DNA of 64,000 nt from an uncultured Acidimicrobiia bacterium (GCA_963801105.1 CAWDDH010000003.1:309135-373134); one strand, 5' to 3'; shown: positions 17,897 through 27,130, counted from the first letter of the stretch. Numbers and translations are program-made. The notes: a model not told the origin generated them from the sequence alone.

Positions 17897-18583
17897 TCAC
17901 TTCGGTGGCTTGGTGGTTCGCTTCGGTGGCTTGGTCGTTCGCTTCGCCCGCGACTTCTTCGGCCCCGAGCTCGCAGCAGTAGGCGGCGCGACGTCGAGGT
18001 ACTGGCCGAGGTGGGCGTCGAGGATCGCGACGGCGTCCTCGGGCGTGAGCCCGATCGAGCCGGTGAGCAGGTGCAGCAACAGGCCGTCGACGATCGCCAC
18101 GGTGGACGTGGCCGCGACGGCAGGGTCGATCCCGGATCGGGACTCGCCCCGCTCGACCGCGAGGCGGAACGCCGCCTCGCACTGGTCGCGCATCGAGGTC
18201 ATCATCGCCGTGTGGACTCGAGCGAGGCCGGGTGACACCGCGGCTCTCGCCGCGAACGCCAGGTAGACCCTCGCCTCGACCCGACGCTCGTCGTCGAGGG
18301 GCAGGAACTCGAGCATCGACAACCGGATCAGCGCACTGACGCTCTCCCCGGCCGCCGCTGCGGTGGCACGACCGAGGATCCGTGAGGTGATGTGCTCGAA
18401 CGCCATCTGGAGCATCTCGTCCTTGTTGCGGCAGTAGTACTGCACCGCCCCGATCGAGACGCCGGCTGCTGCGGCGACCTCTCGGAGGCTCACCTGGTCG
18501 AGTCCCCGCTCGGCGGTGATCGTCACCAGGGCCTCCAGGAGGCGCTCACGCACCGGGTTCTCTCTTGCGTCCGCTCGTACCAT
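17897..18583 (-). CDS. TetR/AcrR-family transcriptional regulator with a C-terminal Lys/Pro/Thr tandem repeat tail
   Basis: The N-terminal HTH is VSLREVAAAAGVSIGAVQYYCRNKDEML. The tail ...KRTTKPPKRTTKPPK is encoded by a 21-bp tandem repeat at 17900..17946. Confidence 0.85.
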   Translation of the reverse strand: MVRADARENPVRERLLEALVTITAERGLDQVSLREVAAAAGVSIGAVQYYCRNKDEMLQMAFEHITSRILGRATAAAAGESVSALIRLSMLEFLPLDDERRVEARVYLAFAARAAVSPGLARVHTAMMTSMRDQCEAAFRLAVERGESRSGIDPAVAATSTVAIVDGLLLHLLTGSIGLTPEDAVAILDAHLGQYLDVAPPTAASSGPKKSRAKRTTKPPKRTTKPPK

Positions 18584-18614
18584 ACGCTCATACTAGTCAT
18601 TCGTATGGTACGAG
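18574..18614. promoter_or_regulatory. 13-bp perfect inverted repeat in the TetR/membrane-protein divergent region (candidate TetR operator)
   Basis: CTCGTACCATACG-15 nt-CGTATGGTACGAG. It spans the 35-bp gap between the divergent starts (18583 and 18619). Confidence 0.5.
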
Positions 18615-18618
18615 TGCA

Positions 18619-19671
18619 ATGGAGAACCAGATGATCACCACCGACCACCACCGCTCCGCCTCACCTCCGCCTCGCGGCCACCCCGTGCAGCTCCTGCGCC
18701 GGCGAAGCGTGCGCGCAGGGATCGCCGGATGGGCCGGCCTGAACCTGGCGATCGTCGCCCTCGCCGATGGCCACCTCCCGTTCCATGCCGAGGCGCTCGC
18801 CCAGCCGGACACGATCGACGCCGTGCTCAAGGCCGACGCGATGTTCGTCGAGGTGTTCGGCCTGATGGTGGTCGTCCACCTGCTCACCCGCCATCGATCA
18901 TCGCCGGACCTCTCCGATCGCGCCCCGGACCGCCCCACCGCTCGCCGCGAGACTGTTGCCGTCCTCCTCTACTCGTTCGGCGCCGTGATCGGCGGCGCGC
19001 TCCTCGGACGTGCTCTCGGGTGGCACGCGCTCGGGTTCCACCTCGACGGGATGGTGGTCCGCACCGGCGACACAGTTCGGCCCGCCGAGGCGATCACGCT
19101 CGCGACGTACAACCTCACCGCCTACGCAGCGATCCCCTACTGCTGGTTCCGTCGTCGCTACAGCACGGAGCAGCTCAGCCTTCGATCGTCCGATCGGCGC
19201 TCCGATCTGCTCGTCGTCCTCGTCGTCCTCGCGATCGAGTCGACCGTGCAGCTGGCCACCGCGTCGTCGTCGATCCTCGACCTCGACGCGCACCAGATCG
19301 CCGTCGGGGCGCCTCTCGCCCTCGTGCTCGGCCTCGCCAGCACCGTCCTGCCGACGATGGTGCTCGTCTACTGCATCCTCACACCCCGTTACCTCAAGCT
19401 GACCGGCTCCGTCCCCGCCACCGTCATCCTCGGCGGCATCACGTACGCGCTGCTGCACCTCTTCGACGGCTGGACCAGCTACACGTCCCCGACGGCCGCG
19501 CTGCTGTCCGTGCTCTACCTCGTCCTCTTCTACGGGGGGCCCGGCATGTTCAAGACCTTCATCACCGTGCGCACCGCCAACGCCTGGACCCACGTGTGGG
19601 CGTACCACGCCATCGCGCCGCACACCCTCGTCGACAGCCCGCTCGTCGTGAAGACCTTCCACATCCGATGA
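18619..19671 (+). CDS. polytopic membrane protein of unknown function
   Basis: Start MENQMITT at 18619. It has about 7-8 hydrophobic segments and is divergent from the TetR gene. No family was recognised with confidence. Confidence 0.6.
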   Translation: MENQMITTDHHRSASPPPRGHPVQLLRRRSVRAGIAGWAGLNLAIVALADGHLPFHAEALAQPDTIDAVLKADAMFVEVFGLMVVVHLLTRHRSSPDLSDRAPDRPTARRETVAVLLYSFGAVIGGALLGRALGWHALGFHLDGMVVRTGDTVRPAEAITLATYNLTAYAAIPYCWFRRRYSTEQLSLRSSDRRSDLLVVLVVLAIESTVQLATASSSILDLDAHQIAVGAPLALVLGLASTVLPTMVLVYCILTPRYLKLTGSVPATVILGGITYALLHLFDGWTSYTSPTAALLSVLYLVLFYGGPGMFKTFITVRTANAWTHVWAYHAIAPHTLVDSPLVVKTFHIR

Positions 19672-19873
19672 GCCGGTTGACAAGGCGTTGACAAACTGGC
19701 CGAAACGCGCTCGAGGGAGGCATCCAGGAACTGACCTACCGGCCCGACCTGCACCGCTCGAACTCCTGAGACCATCGGGGAGATCGGCAGAACGGACGTT
19801 CACCAGGCCGCAGTCTCCGCACGTCGTGCGGTCGGGTGTCGCGGGAATCGAGCGTCCATGCGACCATGGCCTG

Positions 19874-20246
19874 ATGGATCTCCTTCCGGCGCCGGCCGGC
19901 TATCACACCCTGACTCCGCGAATCGCCGTCGCCGATGTTGCGGGACAGGTCGATTTCCTCCGGCACGCCTTCGGTGCCAAACGGCGAGCTCGAAGATGGT
20001 CGGCCCACAGAGCTCCGCATCGGAGACTCGCTCATCATGGTGACCTCAGATGCGGAACGCGGCGCCTACACCGCGCACCTGTACGTGTACGTCCAAGACG
20101 CCGACCTCGCCCACGAACGGGCGGTGTCCGCAGGAGCGACCACCCTCGAAGAGCCGTTCGACACGCCCTACGGCGACCGGCGCGCCATGGTGTCGGACCC
20201 GTGGGGGAACGTGTTCCAGATCGCCCATCGCATCGAGCCGATCTGA
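19874..20246 (+). pseudogene. VOC/glyoxalase-family gene split by a frameshift near 19975..19982
   Basis: The N-terminus (MDLLPAPAGYHTLTPRIAVADVAGQVDFLRHAFGA) is in one frame. The rest (GELEDGRPTELRIGDSLIMV...DTPYGDRRAMVSDPWGNVFQIAHRIE) is in the next frame. Together they make one normal-length VOC domain. Confidence 0.6.
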
Positions 20247-20524
20247 CCGTCGCCCACCTCGGGTGGGTCTGCGGCTACAGGTTCGCCGGCGCCCCGCCGC
20301 GGCCCCGATGGCAGGAGCGGTCGCAGGTGGCACGGGCCCACCGTCGGCCCACGCGTTCGCTCACGTTCGTCAACGGTGCGAACTCGATTCGGCGGCTCGA
20401 GTGGAAGGACAGCGACCGTCGTGGTGGCCGCACGCCTCGACATCGCACAGCCGACACGCAAAGCGCGCCGCGTCGCGATCGCCGATGGCGCCCACCAAGA
20501 TCGCCTCTCCAGCCTGGGCCAGCG

Positions 20525-20544
20525 CAGTAGAAGCACAGTAGAAA
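20525..20544. promoter_or_regulatory. paired direct repeats CAGTAGAAG / CAGTAGAAA (11-nt spacing), tRNA-proximal arm of island Y
   Basis: Same 9-mer as at 2935..2955 and 8761..8780, here on the opposite side of the att core, 68-87 nt from the tRNA 3' end. Confidence 0.45.
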
Positions 20545-20570
20545 TTGCTCAACCGACCCCGAACAGCAGA

Positions 20571-20596
20571 AGGCCCCACTCCGAAAAGTGGGGCCT
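20571..20596 (-). terminator. hairpin terminator downstream of tRNA-fMet
   Basis: AGGCCCCACT-CCGAAA-AGTGGGGCCT is a perfect 10-bp stem, 15 nt past the tRNA 3' end. On the minus strand it is followed by UUCUGCUGUU. Confidence 0.55.
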
Positions 20597-20611
20597 GACC
20601 TGCATGTTCGA

Positions 20612-20688
<77 letters not shown>

Positions 20689-20755
20689 GCGTGCCGGACA
20701 TCGTAGCCGCGGAGACGCTCGGCCACCCAGTCATCGGCGTACGGTCGGGGCCACC

Positions 20756-21127
20756 ATGACGCACTCCGCCCGCTTCCCGATCCGCTTCACCGGTGCGAAC
20801 AAGGCGATGGCGCTGCTGGGTCTCACACCCCGGACCTCCTTCGTGGAGGTGTACGAGACCGAGATGATCGTGCGCATGGGCTGGGCGTTCGAATGCCAGA
20901 TCCCGAGGTCGTCGGTGCGGTCGGTGGCCGCGGACCACGCCCGGGTCCTCGGATGGGGCGCGCACGGCTGGCGGGGCGTCTGGCTCGTGAACGGCTCGTC
21001 GAGCGGGATCGTGCGCATCGAGCTCGAGGCGCACGGCCACGCCCGGGTGCTGATCTTCCCCGTGACCGTCCGCGTGCTCCGCGTCGCGGTCGAGGACCCG
21101 GACGGCCTCATGCGCGCGCTCGGCTGA
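20756..21127 (+). CDS. hypothetical protein
   Basis: 123 aa from MTHSARFPIRF. The upstream part of the track ORF is translation of the tRNA antisense strand. No family was recognised. Confidence 0.5.
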   Translation: MTHSARFPIRFTGANKAMALLGLTPRTSFVEVYETEMIVRMGWAFECQIPRSSVRSVAADHARVLGWGAHGWRGVWLVNGSSSGIVRIELEAHGHARVLIFPVTVRVLRVAVEDPDGLMRALG

Positions 21128-21133
21128 GCGGGC

Positions 21134-21973
21134 TCAGCCGATCTCGACGGTGGCCACCACCGCGTCGTGGTCCGATCCGGTCCGGCGGAGCAGCTCCGCC
21201 ATGCGGATGCCCGGGATCTCGACCGCCCACGTGCCGGCGTCCACGACCAGGCCCGCCATCGGCACCGCGCCGCGGACGAGCACATGGTCGAGGCGGGCCA
21301 GCGCGGTCCAGTCGTCGCCCGGCCGGGCGTAGGGATGGGTCGGCGCGAAGACCTCGAGCTCGTTGAGCGCGTCGACGAATCCGGCGTCGGCGACGATCGC
21401 CCCGAGGTCGGTCCCGGCGGTGTCCTCGTTGCAGTCCCCGGCGACGAGGTCGAACACGCCGTCGGCCGCCGGGAACGTCGCCAGCGCGGTCGGCAGCTGC
21501 GCGCGACGCAGCTCGGGATGGTCCACATCGAGGTGCACGCTCACGACCCGCACGCGCGCGCCGGACGTGTGCGTCAACTCCACCGTGGTCGCGACGTTGC
21601 CGCCGCCGAGCGACACCTGACTCGGGACAGCCTCGGTGAACGCATCGCGACGCCATGCGACCGCGGTGCCGTTCGGCTCCCACGGCAGCTCGGGCGTCGC
21701 CCAGTTCGCCCAGAGCTCCTCGCCGTTCGCGACGGAATGCACGTCGTACGCGTCGGCGGTCGCGAAGACGGTCGCGAGGTCGGACGGCGTCGTCTCCTGC
21801 AGGCAGATCACCTCGGCATCCAGGCCGACGAGCGCGGTGGCGACCAGCGCCGCGCGCTGGTCGCGGTCGAGCAGTGCCGGGTCCATGCCGTCGGGGTAGA
21901 ACGCGGGCGCGGCCCAGGGAGCGGCCAGCACGTTCCAGGTGGCGACGCGCACGGTCACCATCGCGCCCGACAC
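21134..21973 (-). CDS. endonuclease/exonuclease/phosphatase (EEP) family protein
   Basis: 279 aa. VATWNVL..., VICLQE, HLD..., GDCN and the C-terminal SDHDAV motifs are typical of the EEP fold. Confidence 0.8.
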   Translation of the reverse strand: MSGAMVTVRVATWNVLAAPWAAPAFYPDGMDPALLDRDQRAALVATALVGLDAEVICLQETTPSDLATVFATADAYDVHSVANGEELWANWATPELPWEPNGTAVAWRRDAFTEAVPSQVSLGGGNVATTVELTHTSGARVRVVSVHLDVDHPELRRAQLPTALATFPAADGVFDLVAGDCNEDTAGTDLGAIVADAGFVDALNELEVFAPTHPYARPGDDWTALARLDHVLVRGAVPMAGLVVDAGTWAVEIPGIRMAELLRRTGSDHDAVVATVEIG

Positions 21974-22977
21974 TCCTCCGCGAATCCCTGCAGCCCCTCG
22001 AAGGTCAGGTCGCGGCCGTCGTCGGTGCAGAGCCGGCCCGACCAGTCGCCGAAGACCTGGTGGACCTCCATGGCCATCACCCCCGCCTCCGTGCGCGAGT
22101 GCTTGTCATAGCGGGGGTGCAGCACGAGATCGACCGCGCCGTCGGGATCGCGCACCGTCCAGGGCTCGAGCGGCGCGTCCCAGGAGTAGCACCACTCGAG
22201 CTCCGCGCCGATCTTGGTGAGGCGACCGTCCACGATCACGCCGTTCTCGGTCGCGCCCGTCCCGACCGTCCACTTCCCACCGAGCTGCAGCCCCACGACC
22301 GCGCCGTCCGCGCGCCCGGCACCGGCACCCCAGTTCCAGTGCGTGCGGTACGGCCAACGACCGCGGCCGACGTCGAGGACACCCCACGCGTCGGCGACCT
22401 CGTACCGCTGATTCCCCACCACGAGCTCACCCGTCGCCGGGCGCGCCTGATGCTTCGACGTGTACTGGAAGACCGTGTCGGACCACGGGATCACGACGTT
22501 CAGCGACTCGTGCCCCGGCGGCAGTGAGACGGTCACGTCGAGGCGCGCCGGCGTGCCGTCGCGCTCGGTCCACGTGGCGCGCAGGTGGGTGCCGTCGACC
22601 TCGTCGACCATCTCGACCGCGAGCTGCTTGCCGACGTACCGGAGGGGCTCGGTCCCTGGATGCTCCGGGAGGCGCAGATGACGCGGGAAGGGCACGGTGG
22701 CGCCGCGCCCACCGACCTGACCGGTGACGAGGTCGGTCCACCAGACGTCGACGATGCCGAGGTAGTCGACGTTCGAGTACGTGGAGGAGATCAGGAGGTC
22801 ACCGGCGAGGATCCCCCAGTAGTCCCACCGCTTGGTCCGCCCGAAACGTCCCGAGAGATTGCACCGGTGCAACGGTGTCCGCGACCAGCCCCGCGCCTGG
22901 GGATTCAGCCGCCCGTCGGGTCCGACCAGGTCGACCGGCTCGGTCAGCTCGCGCTCGTGGGTCGCCATCGGGCCCAT
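21955..22977 (-). CDS. DUF2804-like protein
   Basis: Start MGPMATHEREL (22977 or 22968). The patterns KRWDYWGI, NVVIPW..FQYTSK and WNWG recall DUF2804. Assigned from memory, so moderate confidence. Confidence 0.6.
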   Translation of the reverse strand: MGPMATHERELTEPVDLVGPDGRLNPQARGWSRTPLHRCNLSGRFGRTKRWDYWGILAGDLLISSTYSNVDYLGIVDVWWTDLVTGQVGGRGATVPFPRHLRLPEHPGTEPLRYVGKQLAVEMVDEVDGTHLRATWTERDGTPARLDVTVSLPPGHESLNVVIPWSDTVFQYTSKHQARPATGELVVGNQRYEVADAWGVLDVGRGRWPYRTHWNWGAGAGRADGAVVGLQLGGKWTVGTGATENGVIVDGRLTKIGAELEWCYSWDAPLEPWTVRDPDGAVDLVLHPRYDKHSRTEAGVMAMEVHQVFGDWSGRLCTDDGRDLTFEGLQGFAEECRARW

Positions 22978-23015
22978 GCTCGCCGATCCACCCGTGCCGG
23001 CGCGGATCCGGCGGA

Positions 23016-23528
23016 TCAGGCCTCGGCCAAGGAGGCGAGCTTCGCCTTCACGGTCGCCTCGTCCGGCCGGTAGAACAGCTCGGCCGTGCCGTCGGGCCGG
23101 ACGAAGACCCACGCGGGCTGGCCCCGGACGCGCGCCCGCTTCCAGACGTCGAGCTGGGTGTCCGCGACCGACGGGAACGGGACGCCGTACTTCTTCACGA
23201 ACTCCCGCATCGGTCCGACGTCGTCACGGCCGGCGACGCCGAGGAACGTGACCTTGCCGTCGTAGCGCCGTGCCAACTGCACGACTCCGGGGGCCTCCCC
23301 GTTGCACACCGTTCACCAGGGCGCCCAGAACCACAGGGCGAGCGCCTTGCCCGAGTAGTCGCGGCCACGGATCTGCCCACCGTCGACCGCGGGCAGGGTG
23401 AAGTCGAGGACCGCGCGGCTCGAGACCGACGCGCCCTTCGCGGCGGCACCGCTCCGGGATGAGTCGTTCGACCCACACGCGACCGTGACGAGACCGGCCG
23501 CGAGGACGAGAACGACGAGACGGCGCAC
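23016..23528 (-). CDS. TlpA/ResA-like thioredoxin-fold lipoprotein with in-frame TGA at the first position of the CxxC motif (selenocysteine candidate, or nonsense pseudogene)
   Basis: Track ORFs 23313..23528 and 23016..23309 are one frame separated only by the TGA at 23313..23315: ...KALALWFWAPW-[TGA]-TVCNGEAP...FLGVAGRDD. The N-terminus MRRLVVLVLAAGLVTVAC is a lipoprotein signal. A hairpin CGGGG-AGGC-CCCCG starts 11 nt after the TGA (23288..23301). Confidence 0.55.
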
Positions 23529-23699
23529 CTGTGCACGGTACCGGTCAGCGCCGCGCGGGGATCATCGGCCCGCGTGCGCGAACCCCGCCCGCCCGAGGTC
23601 GGGTACCATTCGTCCCTTCCATGGGGCTGCGCACCACACCATTCACCGCACGACGCCGACCGCGTTTGGGCCGCGCCGTCGTCGTAGCTCGGCGCGCTG

Positions 23700-25154
23700 A
23701 TGCTCAGCGCGTGCGGGGTCGGGTCGTGGACCACCAACAGCACGCCGGCTCCCGTCCGTGCCGTGCATGCCGCGTTGCTGCCCAACGGTCACGTGCTGCT
23801 GATCCAGGGATCAGGGAACAACCCCGATCTGTTCGCGGCCGGCACGTTCACCACCACCGAGTGGGACCCGGTCGCGAACACGTTCCGGTCGATCCCGACG
23901 CCGTACGACATGTTCTGCGCCGGTCATGCGTTCCTGCCCAACGGTCAGCTACTCGTCGCGGGCGGTACCACCGGGTACCCGGACTCGCTCCACGCCACCG
24001 ATTACCTCGGCTCCGATCAGTCGTACCGGTTCGACCCCGCCACCCACAAGTACGTGCAATCGCCGAACCTCGACGAGGGCCACTGGTACCCGACCCTCGT
24101 GAACCGCGGCGACGGCTCGGTGATCATGGTCGCCGGCCAGGATCAGAACGGTCAGATCCAGAGCCACTACCAGGTGTTCGACCCGACCGCGAACAACGGC
24201 AGCGGCTCGTGGACCCCGCAGCAGTCCTCGGCGGAGTTCTTCCCCGAGTACCCCGCACTCCACCTGCTCGCCGACGGGCGCTACCTCTACAGCGGTGTCT
24301 CGACCTTCGGGGTCGGCAACGTCCCCGCCGGGATCTGGGACGCGAGCGCGAACACCTTCTCGCCGATTCCCGGGCTCACCGACGTCGACCGTCGGGACAT
24401 GGGCGCGTCGGTCCTGCTCCCACCCGCGCAGAGCCAGCGCGTCATGGTCATCGGCGGGGGTCAGCACACGGACCCGAGCGCCAAGGCAGTCGCGAGCACC
24501 GCGATCGTCGATCTCACGAAACCCAATCCCTCGTACGTCCCGGGACCGCCGATCAGCGAGTCGAAGCAGTACGTCAGCGCGGTGATCCTCCCGGACCGGA
24601 CGGTGCTCCAGACCGGCGGCACCAACGAGAGCTGGTACGACGCGGGTCAGCCCGGCTTCACGTTCCGCTACACCGCGCAGATCTACCACCCGGCCACCAA
24701 CACCTGGGAGGACGCGGCGCAGAACACCATCGGCCGCACGTACCACTCCGAGGCCCTCCTGCTCCCGGATGGTCGCGTCGCCACCTTCGGCGGGAACTAC
24801 TCGAACAGGGGCGAGGACTTCGAGCTCCGCATCGAGCTCTACTCGCCGCCCTACATGACCAAGACCCGACCGACGCTCAGCGGCTTCAGCTCGGCGTCGA
24901 TGGCGCGGGGCGGAACCATCGGCTTCTCGTCCGACGTCCCGCTGCAGTACGCGGAGCTGGTCCGGCCGTCGGCCGCGACGCACAGCAACGACCCCGACCA
25001 GCGGCTCGTCGACCTGCCGGTGACCCAGTCCGGCACCCACGTCACCGCGTCGCTCGACCCGAACCCGAACCTCACGCCGCCGGGCTGGTACATGCTCTTC
25101 GGCGTGGACCAGACGGGCACGCCGAGCGTCGCGAAGTGGGTCCAGGTGACCTGA
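23700..25154 (+). CDS. galactose oxidase / glyoxal oxidase-like protein (kelch beta-propeller plus C-terminal DUF1929-type domain)
   Basis: 484 aa. It has repeated propeller blades (LPNGHVLLIQG, LPNGQLLVAGG, LADGRYLYSG, LPDGRVATFGG) and the ending PPGWYMLFGVDQTGTPSVAKWVQV. The N-terminus is uncertain: the only ATG follows an in-frame stop at 23685, so any signal peptide is very short. Confidence 0.8.
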   Translation: MLSACGVGSWTTNSTPAPVRAVHAALLPNGHVLLIQGSGNNPDLFAAGTFTTTEWDPVANTFRSIPTPYDMFCAGHAFLPNGQLLVAGGTTGYPDSLHATDYLGSDQSYRFDPATHKYVQSPNLDEGHWYPTLVNRGDGSVIMVAGQDQNGQIQSHYQVFDPTANNGSGSWTPQQSSAEFFPEYPALHLLADGRYLYSGVSTFGVGNVPAGIWDASANTFSPIPGLTDVDRRDMGASVLLPPAQSQRVMVIGGGQHTDPSAKAVASTAIVDLTKPNPSYVPGPPISESKQYVSAVILPDRTVLQTGGTNESWYDAGQPGFTFRYTAQIYHPATNTWEDAAQNTIGRTYHSEALLLPDGRVATFGGNYSNRGEDFELRIELYSPPYMTKTRPTLSGFSSASMARGGTIGFSSDVPLQYAELVRPSAATHSNDPDQRLVDLPVTQSGTHVTASLDPNPNLTPPGWYMLFGVDQTGTPSVAKWVQVT

Positions 25155-25159
25155 CCGAC

Positions 25160-25505
25160 GGCGGCGAGTTGCTGTCGGTCACGGTCTGGTTCCTCTTCGG
25201 CGCGCTCCTGATCCCGGCGCTCGACCCTGCGGACTGGCGGATGAAGGTCTGCGCCGGCCTGAGCCTCACCGTGCTCCGGATGGATCCCCGTCGCATTCGC
25301 GCTCGCCGGAACGGGACTCGACCGACGCTCGGTCGGCATCGTCGGATGGTTCGGGCCACCGGGGCTCGCGTCGGTGGTCTTCGCCAGGCTGGCCTCCGAC
25401 AGCCTCGACCCGCACGACGGACGGACGGCGCTCGCGGTGATCGCCACGGTCGTGCTGATGAGCGTCGTCGCCCGCGGCGCGAGCGCGTCACCGCTCGCGC
25501 GCTGA
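25160..25505 (+). pseudogene. C-terminal remnant of a cation:proton (Na+/H+) antiporter, 5'-truncated and frameshifted
   Basis: GELLSVTVWFLFGALLIPAL...LSLTVLRM is in one frame. PVAFALAGTGLDRRSVGIVGWFGPPGLASVVFARLA...SPLAR* is in the next, with an apparent extra G near 25286. It starts directly at the stop of the preceding gene, with no N-terminal TM bundle. Confidence 0.5.
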
Positions 25506-25541
25506 TCGAGCCAGGAGTCGGCTGCGTCCCGAGCCGTTATC

Positions 25542-27083
25542 GTGCGGACGGACGTGCGCTGTTCGCCAAGGAGGACTCGAACCGTGACCGACCAACCGAA
25601 CATCCTCGTCATCTGGGGCGACGACATCGGGATCTCGAACCTGAGCTGCTACAGCGACGGCCTGATGGGCTACCGAACCCCCAACATCGATCGGATCGCG
25701 ACCGAGGGCGCGCGGTTCACCGACTACTACGGCGAGCAGAGCTGCACGGCGGGCCGCGCCGCATTCATCACAGGCCAGAACCCCTACCGGACCGGTCTCA
25801 CCAAGGTCGGAATGCCGGGCGCGGACATCGGCCTGCGCGCCAAGGACCCCACCATCGCGACCGCACTGAAGGCGCACGGCTACGCCACCGGTCAGTTCGG
25901 CAAGAACCACCTCGGCGACAAGGACGAGTTCCTGCCCACCGCGCACGGGTTCGATGAGTTCTTCGGCAACCTCTACCACCTCAACGCGGAAGAGGAGCCC
26001 GAGCAGCGTGACTACCCCACCGAAGCGGACTTCCCCGACTTCCGCCAGCGGTTCGGCCCACGCGGTGTTCTCCACACCTGGGCGAACGAGGACGGGACCC
26101 AGCGCATCGAGGACACGGGCCCGCTCACCAAGAAGCGGATGGAGACTGTCGACGAGGAGTTCCGCGACGCCGCGATCGACTTCATCGGGCGCCAGAAGGA
26201 CGCGGAACGACCGTTCTTCCTCTGGTTCAACTCCACCCACATGCACTTCCGCACCCACGGCAAGCCGGAGAGCCGGGGACGCGCCGGCCGCTGGCAGTCC
26301 GAGTACCACGACACGATGCTGGACCACGACGACGTCGTCGGTGATCTCCTGAACGCCGTCGACGAACTCGAGCTGGCCGAGAACACGATCGTCATCTACT
26401 CCACCGACAACGGTCCGCACATGAACACCTGGCCCGACGCCGGCATGACACCGTTCCGGAACGAGAAGAACTCCAACTGGGAGGGCGCGTACCGCGTCCC
26501 GGCGATGATCCGCTGGCCCGGGCACATCGCGGCCGGCCAGGTCCTCAACGGCATCGTGAGCCACAGCGACTGGTTCCCCACCTTGCTCGCCGCGGCCGGC
26601 GTCACCGATGTCGCCCAGCAGCTCCTGACCGGCGCTGATCTGAGCGGCACCACCTACAAGGTGCACCTCGACGGCCACAACCAGCTGCCGTACCTCACCG
26701 GTGATTCCGACGAGAGCCCCCGCCGTCACTTCTTCTACGTGTCCGACGACGGCGACCTCACCGCGCTGCGGTTCGACAACTGGAAGCTGGTCTTCCTCGA
26801 ACAACGGGCGACCGGCACGCTCAACATCTGGGCCGAGCCCTACACGCACCTCCGCGTGCCGAAGATGTTCAACCTCCGCACCGACCCGTACGAGCGGGCC
26901 GACATCACGTCGAACACGTACTACGACTGGATCCTCGACCACGCGTGGCTCGTGGTTCCGGCCCAGGCGTACGCGGCGCAGATGCTGAAGACCCTGGCCG
27001 AGTTCCCACCGACGCAGAAGCCGGCGAGCTTCTCCCTCGAGCAGGTGGTGGCGACGCTCGAGGCCGGCATCCCGAGCGCTTGA
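25542..27083 (+). CDS. arylsulfatase (Cys-type, formylglycine-dependent)
   Basis: 513 aa, with an alternative GTG start at 25584. NILVIWGDDIG and the sulfatase signature SCTAGRAAFITG (C-x-A-x-R) are present, as are GKNHLGD and YSTDNGP. Confidence 0.9.
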   Translation: MRTDVRCSPRRTRTVTDQPNILVIWGDDIGISNLSCYSDGLMGYRTPNIDRIATEGARFTDYYGEQSCTAGRAAFITGQNPYRTGLTKVGMPGADIGLRAKDPTIATALKAHGYATGQFGKNHLGDKDEFLPTAHGFDEFFGNLYHLNAEEEPEQRDYPTEADFPDFRQRFGPRGVLHTWANEDGTQRIEDTGPLTKKRMETVDEEFRDAAIDFIGRQKDAERPFFLWFNSTHMHFRTHGKPESRGRAGRWQSEYHDTMLDHDDVVGDLLNAVDELELAENTIVIYSTDNGPHMNTWPDAGMTPFRNEKNSNWEGAYRVPAMIRWPGHIAAGQVLNGIVSHSDWFPTLLAAAGVTDVAQQLLTGADLSGTTYKVHLDGHNQLPYLTGDSDESPRRHFFYVSDDGDLTALRFDNWKLVFLEQRATGTLNIWAEPYTHLRVPKMFNLRTDPYERADITSNTYYDWILDHAWLVVPAQAYAAQMLKTLAEFPPTQKPASFSLEQVVATLEAGIPSA

Positions 27084-27130
27084 CCGCCGGCCCACCACGC
27101 GCCACGGCGTCCCGTCGCGACCCCGTGCCG

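Larger units (their letters stand above)
8643..20611. mobile_element. Island Y: putative integrase-less integrative island (CIME-like) adjacent to the intact tRNA-fMet
   Basis: Bounded by the intact tRNA (20612..) and the 45-nt repeat (..8642). CAGTAGAAG pairs lie near both ends (8761..8780 and 20525..20544). The cargo is redox/detox enzymes and regulators. No recombinase, excisionase or transfer gene was recognised. Confidence 0.55.

Noticed and set aside
17900-17946. Short tandem repeats (21-bp x2.2 here; 15-nt units at 52139..52216; acidic repeats at 32820..33010) as possible CRISPR or minisatellite arrays.
   Set aside because: All are in-frame parts of coding sequences, with no spacer-repeat alternation. 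No CRISPR array or cas gene is present in the window.
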